NCBI GenBank assembly: GCA_965262915.1
Contig: OZ253564.1
Span: 4,288,001 to 4,352,000, forward strand
Source: Candidatus Spongiisociaceae bacterium
Lineage (GTDB): Bacteria; Actinomycetota; Acidimicrobiia; Spongiisociales; Spongiisociaceae
Length of the DNA stretch: 64,000 bases
Direction: 5' to 3'
Part shown: one piece after another, positions 1-7,861 of the stretch
Position numbering within the stretch: position 1 is the first letter of the stretch
How the letters are laid out: each line of letters opens with the position of its first letter
Program-made: the position numbers and the translations under genes
Notes under the pieces: model-generated
The model's input: only the letters and a program-made list of their open reading frames with translations
Database searches by the model: none
What the model was told of the DNA's origin: nothing

Positions 1-87
1 CCGTGATCGGAACCTACATCGCGGGACCGGCCCGGGCTGTGGAGATCCTGATACCGGTCACGACCTCCGACCCTCGGGCGACCGGCG

Positions 88-888
88 ATGAGTGACCTGC
101 TGGCCGCCGCGGCGGCTGCCCTCGGGGCGCCCGAGCACCTGATCGAGCGAGCTGCTCAGGCAAGGGCCGAAGCCGACGGAACCACCTACGAAGAGGTGTT
201 GAGCGCCTGGGGAGGCGGAGCACCGCTACCGGCTCCGGTACCGGAACGAGCCGCACCCGCCGCGGCGGTCACCTCCCCGCCGGTCGCCGAAACCCAGCCG
301 ATCGCCGCGGCCCCCGCCGCCCGGGTCGCCACCCTGATCGCGCAACCTGCCACTATTTCCGCCCCCGCCCCGGCTCGGAGTAAGGCAACCCCCGTTCTCG
401 AGGGCCGCCACCTCCATCCGTTGCGGGCCTGGGTGATGCTGGCGGGACTCTTCCTCCTCGGCCTCGTCATCACCTTGATCGGCCCTTTCAACACCGGGGG
501 CGACTACCGCCACCTCGTCCCGGATCCCACGCTCAGCGCCCTCGGTGGACAGGGTCGCTCCGTCTACCTGAATCAGGGCTGCGGATACTGCCACACCCAG
601 CTGGTGCGCCCGGTCCTGGCCGATGTCGGTCTGGGACCGGCCACCGAGACCTTCGCCCAGGCGCTGGGCGCCGCCACGTTCGGAGTGCAGCGAATCGGTC
701 CGGACCTGGCTCATGTCGGCAGCCGCACCTCGTACGGAGGTGGTGACGACCCGGTGACGGCCGGCGAGTTCATGGAGCTCCTGACCACGCCGGAACACGT
801 ATTCCCGGACGGCATACATCCCTCGTACGCCCACCTCTCGGATGAGGACCTGGCGGCCCTGGTGACCTACCTGGTGGAGTCGGCATGA
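88..888 (+). CDS. cbb3-type oxidase subunit II (CcoO/FixO)-like membrane-anchored monoheme cytochrome c with N-terminal helical module and Pro/Ala linker
   Basis: GRSVYLNQGCGYCHTQLVRP and QRIGPDLAHVG match CcoO motifs; one TM helix precedes the heme domain. Confidence 0.75.
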   Translation: MSDLLAAAAAALGAPEHLIERAAQARAEADGTTYEEVLSAWGGGAPLPAPVPERAAPAAAVTSPPVAETQPIAAAPAARVATLIAQPATISAPAPARSKATPVLEGRHLHPLRAWVMLAGLFLLGLVITLIGPFNTGGDYRHLVPDPTLSALGGQGRSVYLNQGCGYCHTQLVRPVLADVGLGPATETFAQALGAATFGVQRIGPDLAHVGSRTSYGGGDDPVTAGEFMELLTTPEHVFPDGIHPSYAHLSDEDLAALVTYLVESA

Positions 889-908
889 AGACGGGCGGCG
901 GAGCAAAG

Positions 909-1076
909 CTAGTGGTCTATCCGCCAAATGGTTCAGCGCGCCCCGCTTGCCATCGACGCCCCTCGCTGCGTTCCGCCTCCTCGACGTACCGCTGCGGGTA
1001 CGCCTTCGTCGGCGGGCCTTGCGAGGAACGCCGCTGCCGGCGCAGGCCACGCCGCCATTTGGTGGACCGATCCCTC
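909..1076. repeat. Intergenic MITE/REP-like element with imperfect terminal inverted repeats
   Basis: tccgccaaatgg (920-931) is inverted against ccatttggtgga (1055-1066) with one mismatch; internal cgtacc-gctgcg-ggtacg hairpin; ctag at 909. Confidence 0.45.
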
Positions 1077-1090
1077 GGGACGGGACTCCG

Positions 1091-2116
1091 ATGAGCGATC
1101 TACTCGCCGCCGCGGCCGCCAAGTTGGGAAGCCCGGAGCACCTGGTTGAACGGTCCGCGGCAGCGCGCGCGGAGGCCGACGGCCTCACCACCGAAGAGGT
1201 CCTGGCCGCTTGGGCAGGTGGTGCGGCTACGCCGTCCGGTGGCGCGCCAGCAGCCCGTACCGCGCCGGAAGCTCCCCCGGCCCCCACCGCTCCCCCGGCA
1301 CCCGCCGCTCGACCGGCACCCGCCCCCGAACCCCTGGCGCCCCCCGCCGCCGTCGCCGCAGCAGCGGCCCGACCGGCCGCGACCTCGGCGCCCACCGGCG
1401 CCCCACCGCCTCCCGAGCGGGTTGGCATCTCGGAGGCGCTCGATTTCGAGGCCGTGATCACCGGTCCCACGGCCGGGATCACCGAACGGGTAGCCGCAGC
1501 GGTACCGCGCTGGCTGACCGTGCTGTTCTTTGCCATACCGCTCATCGGCCTCACCTACCTGGTGACCTTCGCCAACGGTCCGACCTGCGGGGCGGGCGGC
1601 CAACTCGCGATCGATCGCCTCACCGGAGCGGTCGAGAACTGCGACGGATCGGAGTTCGCCGTCGAGGGTGGCGCCGGCGGGGTGGATGTCCGGGCGCTGG
1701 TCGGCGCAGGGAGCGCCCTCTACGCCGAGCCGTCCAGCTGCACCTCGTGCCACGGCGCAGGCGGCGAAGGGGGATCGGGACCCGCCCTGGCAGGCACGGT
1801 TCTCTCGACCTTCGCGATGTGCACGGACCACATCGAATGGGTATCGCTCGGCACGACCGGCTTCCAGGACGAGGGCCGCTCCACCTACGGGGACACCGCA
1901 AAGGCGGTAGGGGCCGGCGGGCAGATGCCTTCATTCCGGGACACGCTCTCGGCGGAGGAGATCGCCACGGTCGTCTTCTACGAGCGGGTGGTGTTCGGCG
2001 GCCAGGACGTGGAGGAGGCCGTGTTCGACTGCGGTTTCGCCGAACCGGAGGGCGAACCCGAGAACGGGGACGAACCCGCCGAGGAGGCAGGCGAAGAACT
2101 CTCCATCGGCGCGTAG
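1091..2116 (+). CDS. Membrane-anchored c-type cytochrome
   Basis: CTSCHG heme motif, GGQMPSF distal Met, one TM helix; start set at ATG 1091 because its N-terminus parallels that of 88..888. Confidence 0.85.
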   Translation: MSDLLAAAAAKLGSPEHLVERSAAARAEADGLTTEEVLAAWAGGAATPSGGAPAARTAPEAPPAPTAPPAPAARPAPAPEPLAPPAAVAAAAARPAATSAPTGAPPPPERVGISEALDFEAVITGPTAGITERVAAAVPRWLTVLFFAIPLIGLTYLVTFANGPTCGAGGQLAIDRLTGAVENCDGSEFAVEGGAGGVDVRALVGAGSALYAEPSSCTSCHGAGGEGGSGPALAGTVLSTFAMCTDHIEWVSLGTTGFQDEGRSTYGDTAKAVGAGGQMPSFRDTLSAEEIATVVFYERVVFGGQDVEEAVFDCGFAEPEGEPENGDEPAEEAGEELSIGA

Positions 2117-2248
2117 GCGGATCGAACCGGTAACGTTGGCGGGTCTTGAGACCAGGAACGGCTATCGCCCTGCTCGCTCTGCTGGCCGTCATCGGCCTCG
2201 CGGGTATCGTCTTGGTGGTCCAGCTTATCAGTCTGTAGTCGGTGGGCG

Positions 2249-3118
2249 TTAGCCGGTCGTCGGTGGTGAATGAACGATGCGGTCACCGGCCACCGGCCGC
2301 TGGTCACCGGAAATAACCACCGATGTGCCGACCCCGAGGGTGAAGTGCTCGTTGGCGCGTCCCCCGCGAACGGCGAGTGCCATCAGGCCGGCCGAGTCGA
2401 TATGGAGAAGGGGGCGACCTTCCTCGATGTCGGCATAGGCGCCCACCCAAGGAACCCGATACTGCATCAGGCCCACGCGCACCGCCACGGTCCGGCCCGG
2501 CGACATACCGGCTTCCTCCAGGTCCTCGGGGGAGATGTTGGTCTGGACGTTCCCGTACGTGTCCACCCACCAGGCCTGGCCCGCCACCTGGCCCTCCGAT
2601 ACCTCCGAGAGGGGGAGGAGGAGGGGTGTGAGGGTGTGGAGAGCCACCTCGGGTCCCAGCTCGGACGGGACGGCCTCACCCGACGCCAGGACAGCGGCCG
2701 CCGGGGCGAAGCGGTCCCGGCCGTCGAAGGTCGTGCCCTGCGACGGGAGGATCACGTCGGGGTTCTCGATCGAGAAGGCTCGGGTCGCGCCCCCGAGAAG
2801 GGCCACCGCCGGCGAGAGGAGCCCATTGTCGGGACCTACCAGATATCCCCACTGCGTCTCGACCACGATGGCCCGCCGGCCGGTACCGACCCCGGGGTCG
2901 ACAACGGCCAGGACCACCCCGGGCGGCATGTACTGGATGGCCCGGAGTAGCAGCAGGGCTCCGGACCGGATATCGCCGCGGGGTATGCGGTGGTTGAGGT
3001 CGATCACCCGGCACTGCGGCGCCAGAGTGGCGATCACTCCGTGCACCACCCCCACGAACTCGTCCTCCGACCCGAAGTCGGACATGAAGGTGATGGGTAG
3101 GGCGGGCATGACGGTCAT
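2249..3118 (-). CDS. SAM hydrolase / SAM-dependent halogenase family protein (DUF62)
   Basis: ITFMSDFG, VVDPGVGTGRR, VGPDNGLL, TFDGRDRFAP, VDTYGNVQTN motifs. Confidence 0.9.
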   Translation of the reverse strand: MTVMPALPITFMSDFGSEDEFVGVVHGVIATLAPQCRVIDLNHRIPRGDIRSGALLLLRAIQYMPPGVVLAVVDPGVGTGRRAIVVETQWGYLVGPDNGLLSPAVALLGGATRAFSIENPDVILPSQGTTFDGRDRFAPAAAVLASGEAVPSELGPEVALHTLTPLLLPLSEVSEGQVAGQAWWVDTYGNVQTNISPEDLEEAGMSPGRTVAVRVGLMQYRVPWVGAYADIEEGRPLLHIDSAGLMALAVRGGRANEHFTLGVGTSVVISGDQRPVAGDRIVHSPPTTG

Positions 3119-3130
3119 GTAGGCCAGAGC

Positions 3131-3236
3131 CTAGGACAGTGCCCAGGACCGGGTAAACGGGTGGCCCGCCGTCCGCTGATGTGACCTCTTGCCATCGACC
3201 GCCGGGCCAACAGGGGGTTCTTCAAGCACCCCCCTG
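3131..3236. mobile_element. MITE copy A (degenerate), ~105-bp dispersed family
   Basis: Shares core ttgccatcgaccgccgggccaac with copies at 5955 and 32859; begins at ctag. Confidence 0.65.
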
Positions 3237-3271
3237 ATGAGAGGTCCACCATTGGACACCCCTGGCGTGCC

Positions 3272-3386
3272 TAGGAGGGTGCTGAAAAACCCCGTACAAA
3301 GGGGTTCGTTCGGTAGCCGACAACTCTCAGACCAAGTGGTTTGCCACCGGCGAACCCCGCAAGATTCGTTTTTCAGCACCCTCCTA
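3272..3386. mobile_element. MITE copy B with perfect 19-bp terminal inverted repeat
   Basis: taggagggtgctgaaaaac (3272-3290) / gtttttcagcaccctccta (3368-3386); no transposase inside. Confidence 0.8.
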
Positions 3387-5936
3387 ATGCCTACCCGAAC
3401 CGCGCAGGGATGGATCGCGCAGGCCGGTGGGTCTCCCATCCTTCGATGCAGCCGCCCTTCGACCCCGCACCCTTGCTACGCCCCACCAGATGGGCAGGAC
3501 GAGCAGGCCGGCCAGGGTTGACCACGCTCCGAGTTTCTCCGCCCAGGTCTTGTCAAATGTGAGCTCCACCTCCCGGCTGGTGGGGATGACCACCATGAAG
3601 GCGGGAGTGGCCCGCCAGGGTCCTTCCGCTCCTCGGGCGGTCCAGTTGGGGAAGTAGGAGACCTTTACCATGTGTGGTAGTCCCACCCCGGTGGTCCTGA
3701 AGGCGATCCGGTGGTCCGCCACTTCGATGTCTGTCACCTCGGCGCCGGCTGCCAGCGGGACGGTGGTTCCCTCCAGGTCGGGGGTGATCCGCTCCCAGTC
3801 GGAGGGTCCGTCGGCGGTGATCCATTGGTCGAGCATCTCGATGTCCTCGTACCAGTCGAGCGCCACATCCACGAAGTCGGTCTCGGTGTCCTCCTTGAAT
3901 ATCCCCATCAGGGGAGCGACGAGCCGCGGGCCGGGTTCCTCGAACACCCACGGCCGGTTTGTGGCCACGTCCACCAGGGAGCTCTCCCCCAGTCGGTACA
4001 CCACGAAGGGCGCCGACTCGGCCAGGCGCCGGAGGGCCGGATGCTCGTCGGCCTTCTCCTTGGCCGTGTCGGTGTACGCAACGTAGTAGGCCACGTTGAA
4101 CAACTCCATGTGGCGAGTTCCACGGTCGTAATCGCCGTTGTGATAGCGAAGCCCGGGGATCGGGTTGGAGGGCGATGAACTCAGCTCGGCGGCGTTGAGG
4201 AAATGGAAGGGGGTGGTGATCGAGGACTCGAAGTAGAGTCCCTCCATCGAGGGATGGGTACCCTCGGTCCAGTAGGGGAAGAGCATGGGCGCCATCGGGG
4301 TGCCGTACTTGTTCAGTTCGCTGTTGGCCTCCCACTGCACACGGCCCGGTGGCAATCCCGCCATGGTCGCCATCAGATTCCGGTACTCCGGCCACTCCTG
4401 CTTGCCTTCGTATCCCTGGTAGTTCCACCGCGCCCAAGCCGCAACGTAATTCTCGGCGGTGAGCACACCCAGGAACACCGTGCCAACCACCACTACCACC
4501 GCCGCGAACGGAAGCACCACCCCCGTCCTGGGTTCCCCCGAGCGGCCCACCAACCACATCAGGAGAACACCTGCCGCCGCCAGAAGGAGATCAGCTCCCG
4601 AGATGCGGTTGACAACCATCTCCAGTCCCAGGACACGCCATCCGACCCAGGCGGCCAAGCCCTCGGCCGCCTCCGCTTCACGTGCCACCCCGCCGATGTT
4701 CGGACCCACCATGAGCACCAACGTCAGAGCCGCCACAGCGCCCCGTACCCACCATCGGGACACCCGCTCAGGAAGACGATGCACCACAGCAGCCACCAGC
4801 AGACCGACCGCTATGCCGGCGAAGAGATGCAGACCGAAGAACCAGTGAGGCAATACCCGGCCGTTCCAGAGTTTGGCGCCCTGGCCCAACAGGAAGAAGG
4901 CGGGCACGGGCACCAACGTCAGAGCCGCCAGGGGAAGAGCCCGGCGGGTCACCCGGCCGGCCACGACTATCCCCACCAGCCCCAGGACCGCTACCGGCCA
5001 CAGCTCCACCGGAAACAGCTCGTCGAAGCCCGCCAGCGGCTGCCAGTCCATGTCGGTCGTGTACCCGAGCCGGGCCACCAGGGGAAGAGCCCAGAACGCC
5101 GCCAGCATGAACCCCAGCAACCACGTTCCCGCCACCAGCAACCACGGCGACGACCACCACCGACCGACCGGCCCGTCCCCGTCGCCCGCGGGGAACCGGT
5201 GCCGGGCGGCTTGCCACCACGCCGAGCGGCTCACTACCACGAACAACGACGCCACCACCACCCCGATGGTCGGGATCACATGGCACAGCGCGGTAGCCGC
5301 CAGCGCCACAGCCGCACCCAGGAAGTATTTTCGGTGGTCGTACACCGCTCGCAGCAGGTAGCCGAGATAGACCAGCGCGAGAGCGAACGACCACGAATAG
5401 GAGAACTCACCTGCGAGGCTGGAAGCAATCGTCCCGCCGAAGATATTGGGCGTAGGGGTCTCCATGAAGGCGTAGGCCCCTCCGGCGGCCGCTGCGATCG
5501 CCGCCACCGGTCGGGCAAAGGCCATCGAGCGGACCAGGAAATAGGTGGCGGGGGCCAGGGCCACCAGCCCGGCAACCGACACCAGCTTGAAGGCCACCCC
5601 GTACGGGAGAAGCAGGTCAAGACCGACGATGACCAGGGACGGGAGCGGGAAGTAGAAGTAGAAGACCGGGAAACCCGCAAACCAGTGGTTGGACCATCCC
5701 ATGACTCGATTGGCCGGCAGCAACACATCGCGCAGGTAGGCGGGTCCCAGAACATGGGCGCCCATGTCACCACCGGTGGGGGTGTTGGCGACCAGCAGCA
5801 GATGCGGCGCCAGGGCCGCCAGGGTAGCCAGCGAGACCACCGCCACCGCCACCGTCGAGGATCGGGAAGTCCACGCCCTCCACGGACGGCTCATGGCTGA
5901 AGCGGAGCTGTCGATGGTGTTGATAGGAGAACTCAT
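3384..5936 (-). CDS. Large multi-pass membrane protein, 6-pyruvoyl-tetrahydropterin synthase-related / GT-C-like family
   Basis: TPTGGDMGAH, WFAGFPVFYFYFPLP, many TM helices, C-terminal VKVSYFPNW. Start at 5936 or 5894; the longer ORF start runs through a MITE. Confidence 0.75.
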   Translation of the reverse strand: MSSPINTIDSSASAMSRPWRAWTSRSSTVAVAVVSLATLAALAPHLLLVANTPTGGDMGAHVLGPAYLRDVLLPANRVMGWSNHWFAGFPVFYFYFPLPSLVIVGLDLLLPYGVAFKLVSVAGLVALAPATYFLVRSMAFARPVAAIAAAAGGAYAFMETPTPNIFGGTIASSLAGEFSYSWSFALALVYLGYLLRAVYDHRKYFLGAAVALAATALCHVIPTIGVVVASLFVVVSRSAWWQAARHRFPAGDGDGPVGRWWSSPWLLVAGTWLLGFMLAAFWALPLVARLGYTTDMDWQPLAGFDELFPVELWPVAVLGLVGIVVAGRVTRRALPLAALTLVPVPAFFLLGQGAKLWNGRVLPHWFFGLHLFAGIAVGLLVAAVVHRLPERVSRWWVRGAVAALTLVLMVGPNIGGVAREAEAAEGLAAWVGWRVLGLEMVVNRISGADLLLAAAGVLLMWLVGRSGEPRTGVVLPFAAVVVVVGTVFLGVLTAENYVAAWARWNYQGYEGKQEWPEYRNLMATMAGLPPGRVQWEANSELNKYGTPMAPMLFPYWTEGTHPSMEGLYFESSITTPFHFLNAAELSSSPSNPIPGLRYHNGDYDRGTRHMELFNVAYYVAYTDTAKEKADEHPALRRLAESAPFVVYRLGESSLVDVATNRPWVFEEPGPRLVAPLMGIFKEDTETDFVDVALDWYEDIEMLDQWITADGPSDWERITPDLEGTTVPLAAGAEVTDIEVADHRIAFRTTGVGLPHMVKVSYFPNWTARGAEGPWRATPAFMVVIPTSREVELTFDKTWAEKLGAWSTLAGLLVLPIWWGVARVRGRRAAASKDGRPTGLRDPSLRGSGRH

Positions 5937-5954
5937 ACGGCCAGATCTCGGAAG

Positions 5955-6060
5955 CCAGGAGTGTGCCGACAAACGGGCAAATGGCCGGCCGGCCGGCCGC
6001 CGACGTGGCGTATTGCCATCGACCGTCGAGCCAACGGCGGGCTCCCCGGCACCCTCTTGG
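5955..6060. mobile_element. MITE copy C
   Basis: ccaggagtgtgccgacaaac ... cggcaccctcttgg ends, shared core ttgccatcgaccgtcgagccaac. Confidence 0.7.
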
Positions 6061-6180
6061 GGGAGTCCGGAGCGATGGACCGGTGACCTGCCGGACAACG
6101 GAGAGTGCCGGGTGAGCGAACAGCGGCCGCCGACGACCCCAGCGGATAGCGCCTCAGGCGTGACTTCCCGTAACCCTCTT

Positions 6181-6561
6181 TCATGCTCCCATCCTCCTCA
6201 CGGCGCTCCGCAGTACACCGCGGCGAGGGACCTGGGTAAACGACCCCACCGCGCGGCCCGAGGCATCGAGGACGGTACCCACCGGGATCTCGACCACTCC
6301 CAGACGGGTGAGGAGTTCCGGATGGTCCTCCCAGGTGAACTCGGTGAACCCGTCCTTCCCGAGTACCTGCTCGTAGACGGCACGGGCCGAGTCGCACGAG
6401 TCACAGGCGCCGGCCGTGAACAGGTAGACGCCCGGACCCGCCAGGTTCCCCTCCACCTGCAGGGGCCGGTGGCGACGCCGGGGCCGGAAGCGGGCAATGC
6501 CCACCACCAGGGCCGCCGCGGCCGCCACCACCACCAGCCTTGCCAGGATGTCACCGTTCAA
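6181..6561 (-). CDS. Small membrane-anchored thioredoxin-fold protein
   Basis: N-terminal TM helix, YLFTAGACDSC (CxxC), VVEIP; TTG start overlaps the upstream stop. Confidence 0.65.
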   Translation of the reverse strand: MNGDILARLVVVAAAAALVVGIARFRPRRRHRPLQVEGNLAGPGVYLFTAGACDSCDSARAVYEQVLGKDGFTEFTWEDHPELLTRLGVVEIPVGTVLDASGRAVGSFTQVPRRGVLRSAVRRMGA

Positions 6562-7861
6562 CAGGAACCGCTCCTCCGAACACCGCCGTCCCCTCCCCTT
6601 CGGCCCACCATCCGACGCTGAACGCGCCGTTCGCGGACACGAAGACGCCTGCAACGTCGGTACCGTCCACGGTCACGGTTTCCACGGCGCCGGCCGCTAG
6701 GGCCACCGAGCCGGGAGGACCCTCCCCCGATGGCGTCAGCGTCACGTAGGCGACCTCGAGATCCAGCACCCCGGCGTTCAACAGGCGCAGCCGGGAGACA
6801 GCCGGAACCGCCCCTGGCCCGGGGACCAACCAGGCCGAGCCGGTGGTCGGGGTTCCCGCGGTAGCAGCGACCGCAGTCCCGGACCGTCCCACCACCACTG
6901 CGCCGAACGGACCGTCGCCCGTGACCCGGATCCCGAACCGGGATGTGGGGAACTCCCCCAACCGAACTCGAGCCTGCCCCGGTCCGTCGATGGTGCCGCT
7001 CAGCGGTTCCAGGAGAGCGGCGGTCTCATCGAACACCTCCACCAGGTAGTTGACCTCCAGCGAGGCTTCGTTTGTGAGGACCAACTCGGTGTCATAGCCA
7101 TCCACCGCGGCGACCGGGAACTCCCAACCCTCACTGGATCCCATCCCCGGCCAGACCGCGATATCCGAACCGGTGTCCAGGATCATTACCGGGATCACCG
7201 CACCCAAGGACGGCCGCACGATGATCGCCAACGACTCCCGACCCGTCAGTATCTCGTCGAGAGCGATGACACGGGTCCTGTGGGCGGGCACCGTCAGACC
7301 CTCCAGCGACTCCCCGGCCTCGGTTCCCAGTTCGCTCAGCGCCCAGAGATCAACCCGGGCGTCGGAGGTGAAAGGGTTGAAGAGGCGCAGCGTCAACCGC
7401 TCGCCCTCGATCGTCGAACCACCGGGAAGGTGCCAGGTGGCAGGGAGCGTTGCCGTACAGAGATCCCCTGCCAGCAACTCCTCGCCGAATGCCACCACAC
7501 CCACCGATCCCGGACTCTCCGCGAACTCCACCAGCGCCGGAGAGGTCCCGATCTCACGGGGATTCTCGATCCTCGCCATCGCTTCCCGCGTCACCTCCCC
7601 TGACCGTACCTGCTCGATCTTGCCGCCTTCCAGGAACGAGATGTCGAATCCGGTCGTGCGGTCCGCGGCCACCACGTACACGGATTCCCGGCGCCCGTCG
7701 GACAACGCCCAAGGGCAGTGTACGAAGCGGGAGGAACCGAAGGCAGCCTCCTCCACGTCGAAAATCGTATCGGTCATAGGATCGAGTACCGGGGGTGCCG
7801 GTAATCGGGCGGCAACCACGATGACGCACCCGGCCAGCAGGAGGGCGAGAAGGCGCCTCAT
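6551..7861 (-). CDS. DUF5719-family secreted/anchored protein
   Basis: Signal peptide MRRLLALLL, WHLPGGST...LRLFNPF repeat-like domains; coupled (ATGA) to the upstream GT2. Confidence 0.7.
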   Translation of the reverse strand: MRRLLALLLAGCVIVVAARLPAPPVLDPMTDTIFDVEEAAFGSSRFVHCPWALSDGRRESVYVVAADRTTGFDISFLEGGKIEQVRSGEVTREAMARIENPREIGTSPALVEFAESPGSVGVVAFGEELLAGDLCTATLPATWHLPGGSTIEGERLTLRLFNPFTSDARVDLWALSELGTEAGESLEGLTVPAHRTRVIALDEILTGRESLAIIVRPSLGAVIPVMILDTGSDIAVWPGMGSSEGWEFPVAAVDGYDTELVLTNEASLEVNYLVEVFDETAALLEPLSGTIDGPGQARVRLGEFPTSRFGIRVTGDGPFGAVVVGRSGTAVAATAGTPTTGSAWLVPGPGAVPAVSRLRLLNAGVLDLEVAYVTLTPSGEGPPGSVALAAGAVETVTVDGTDVAGVFVSANGAFSVGWWAEGEGTAVFGGAVPVER

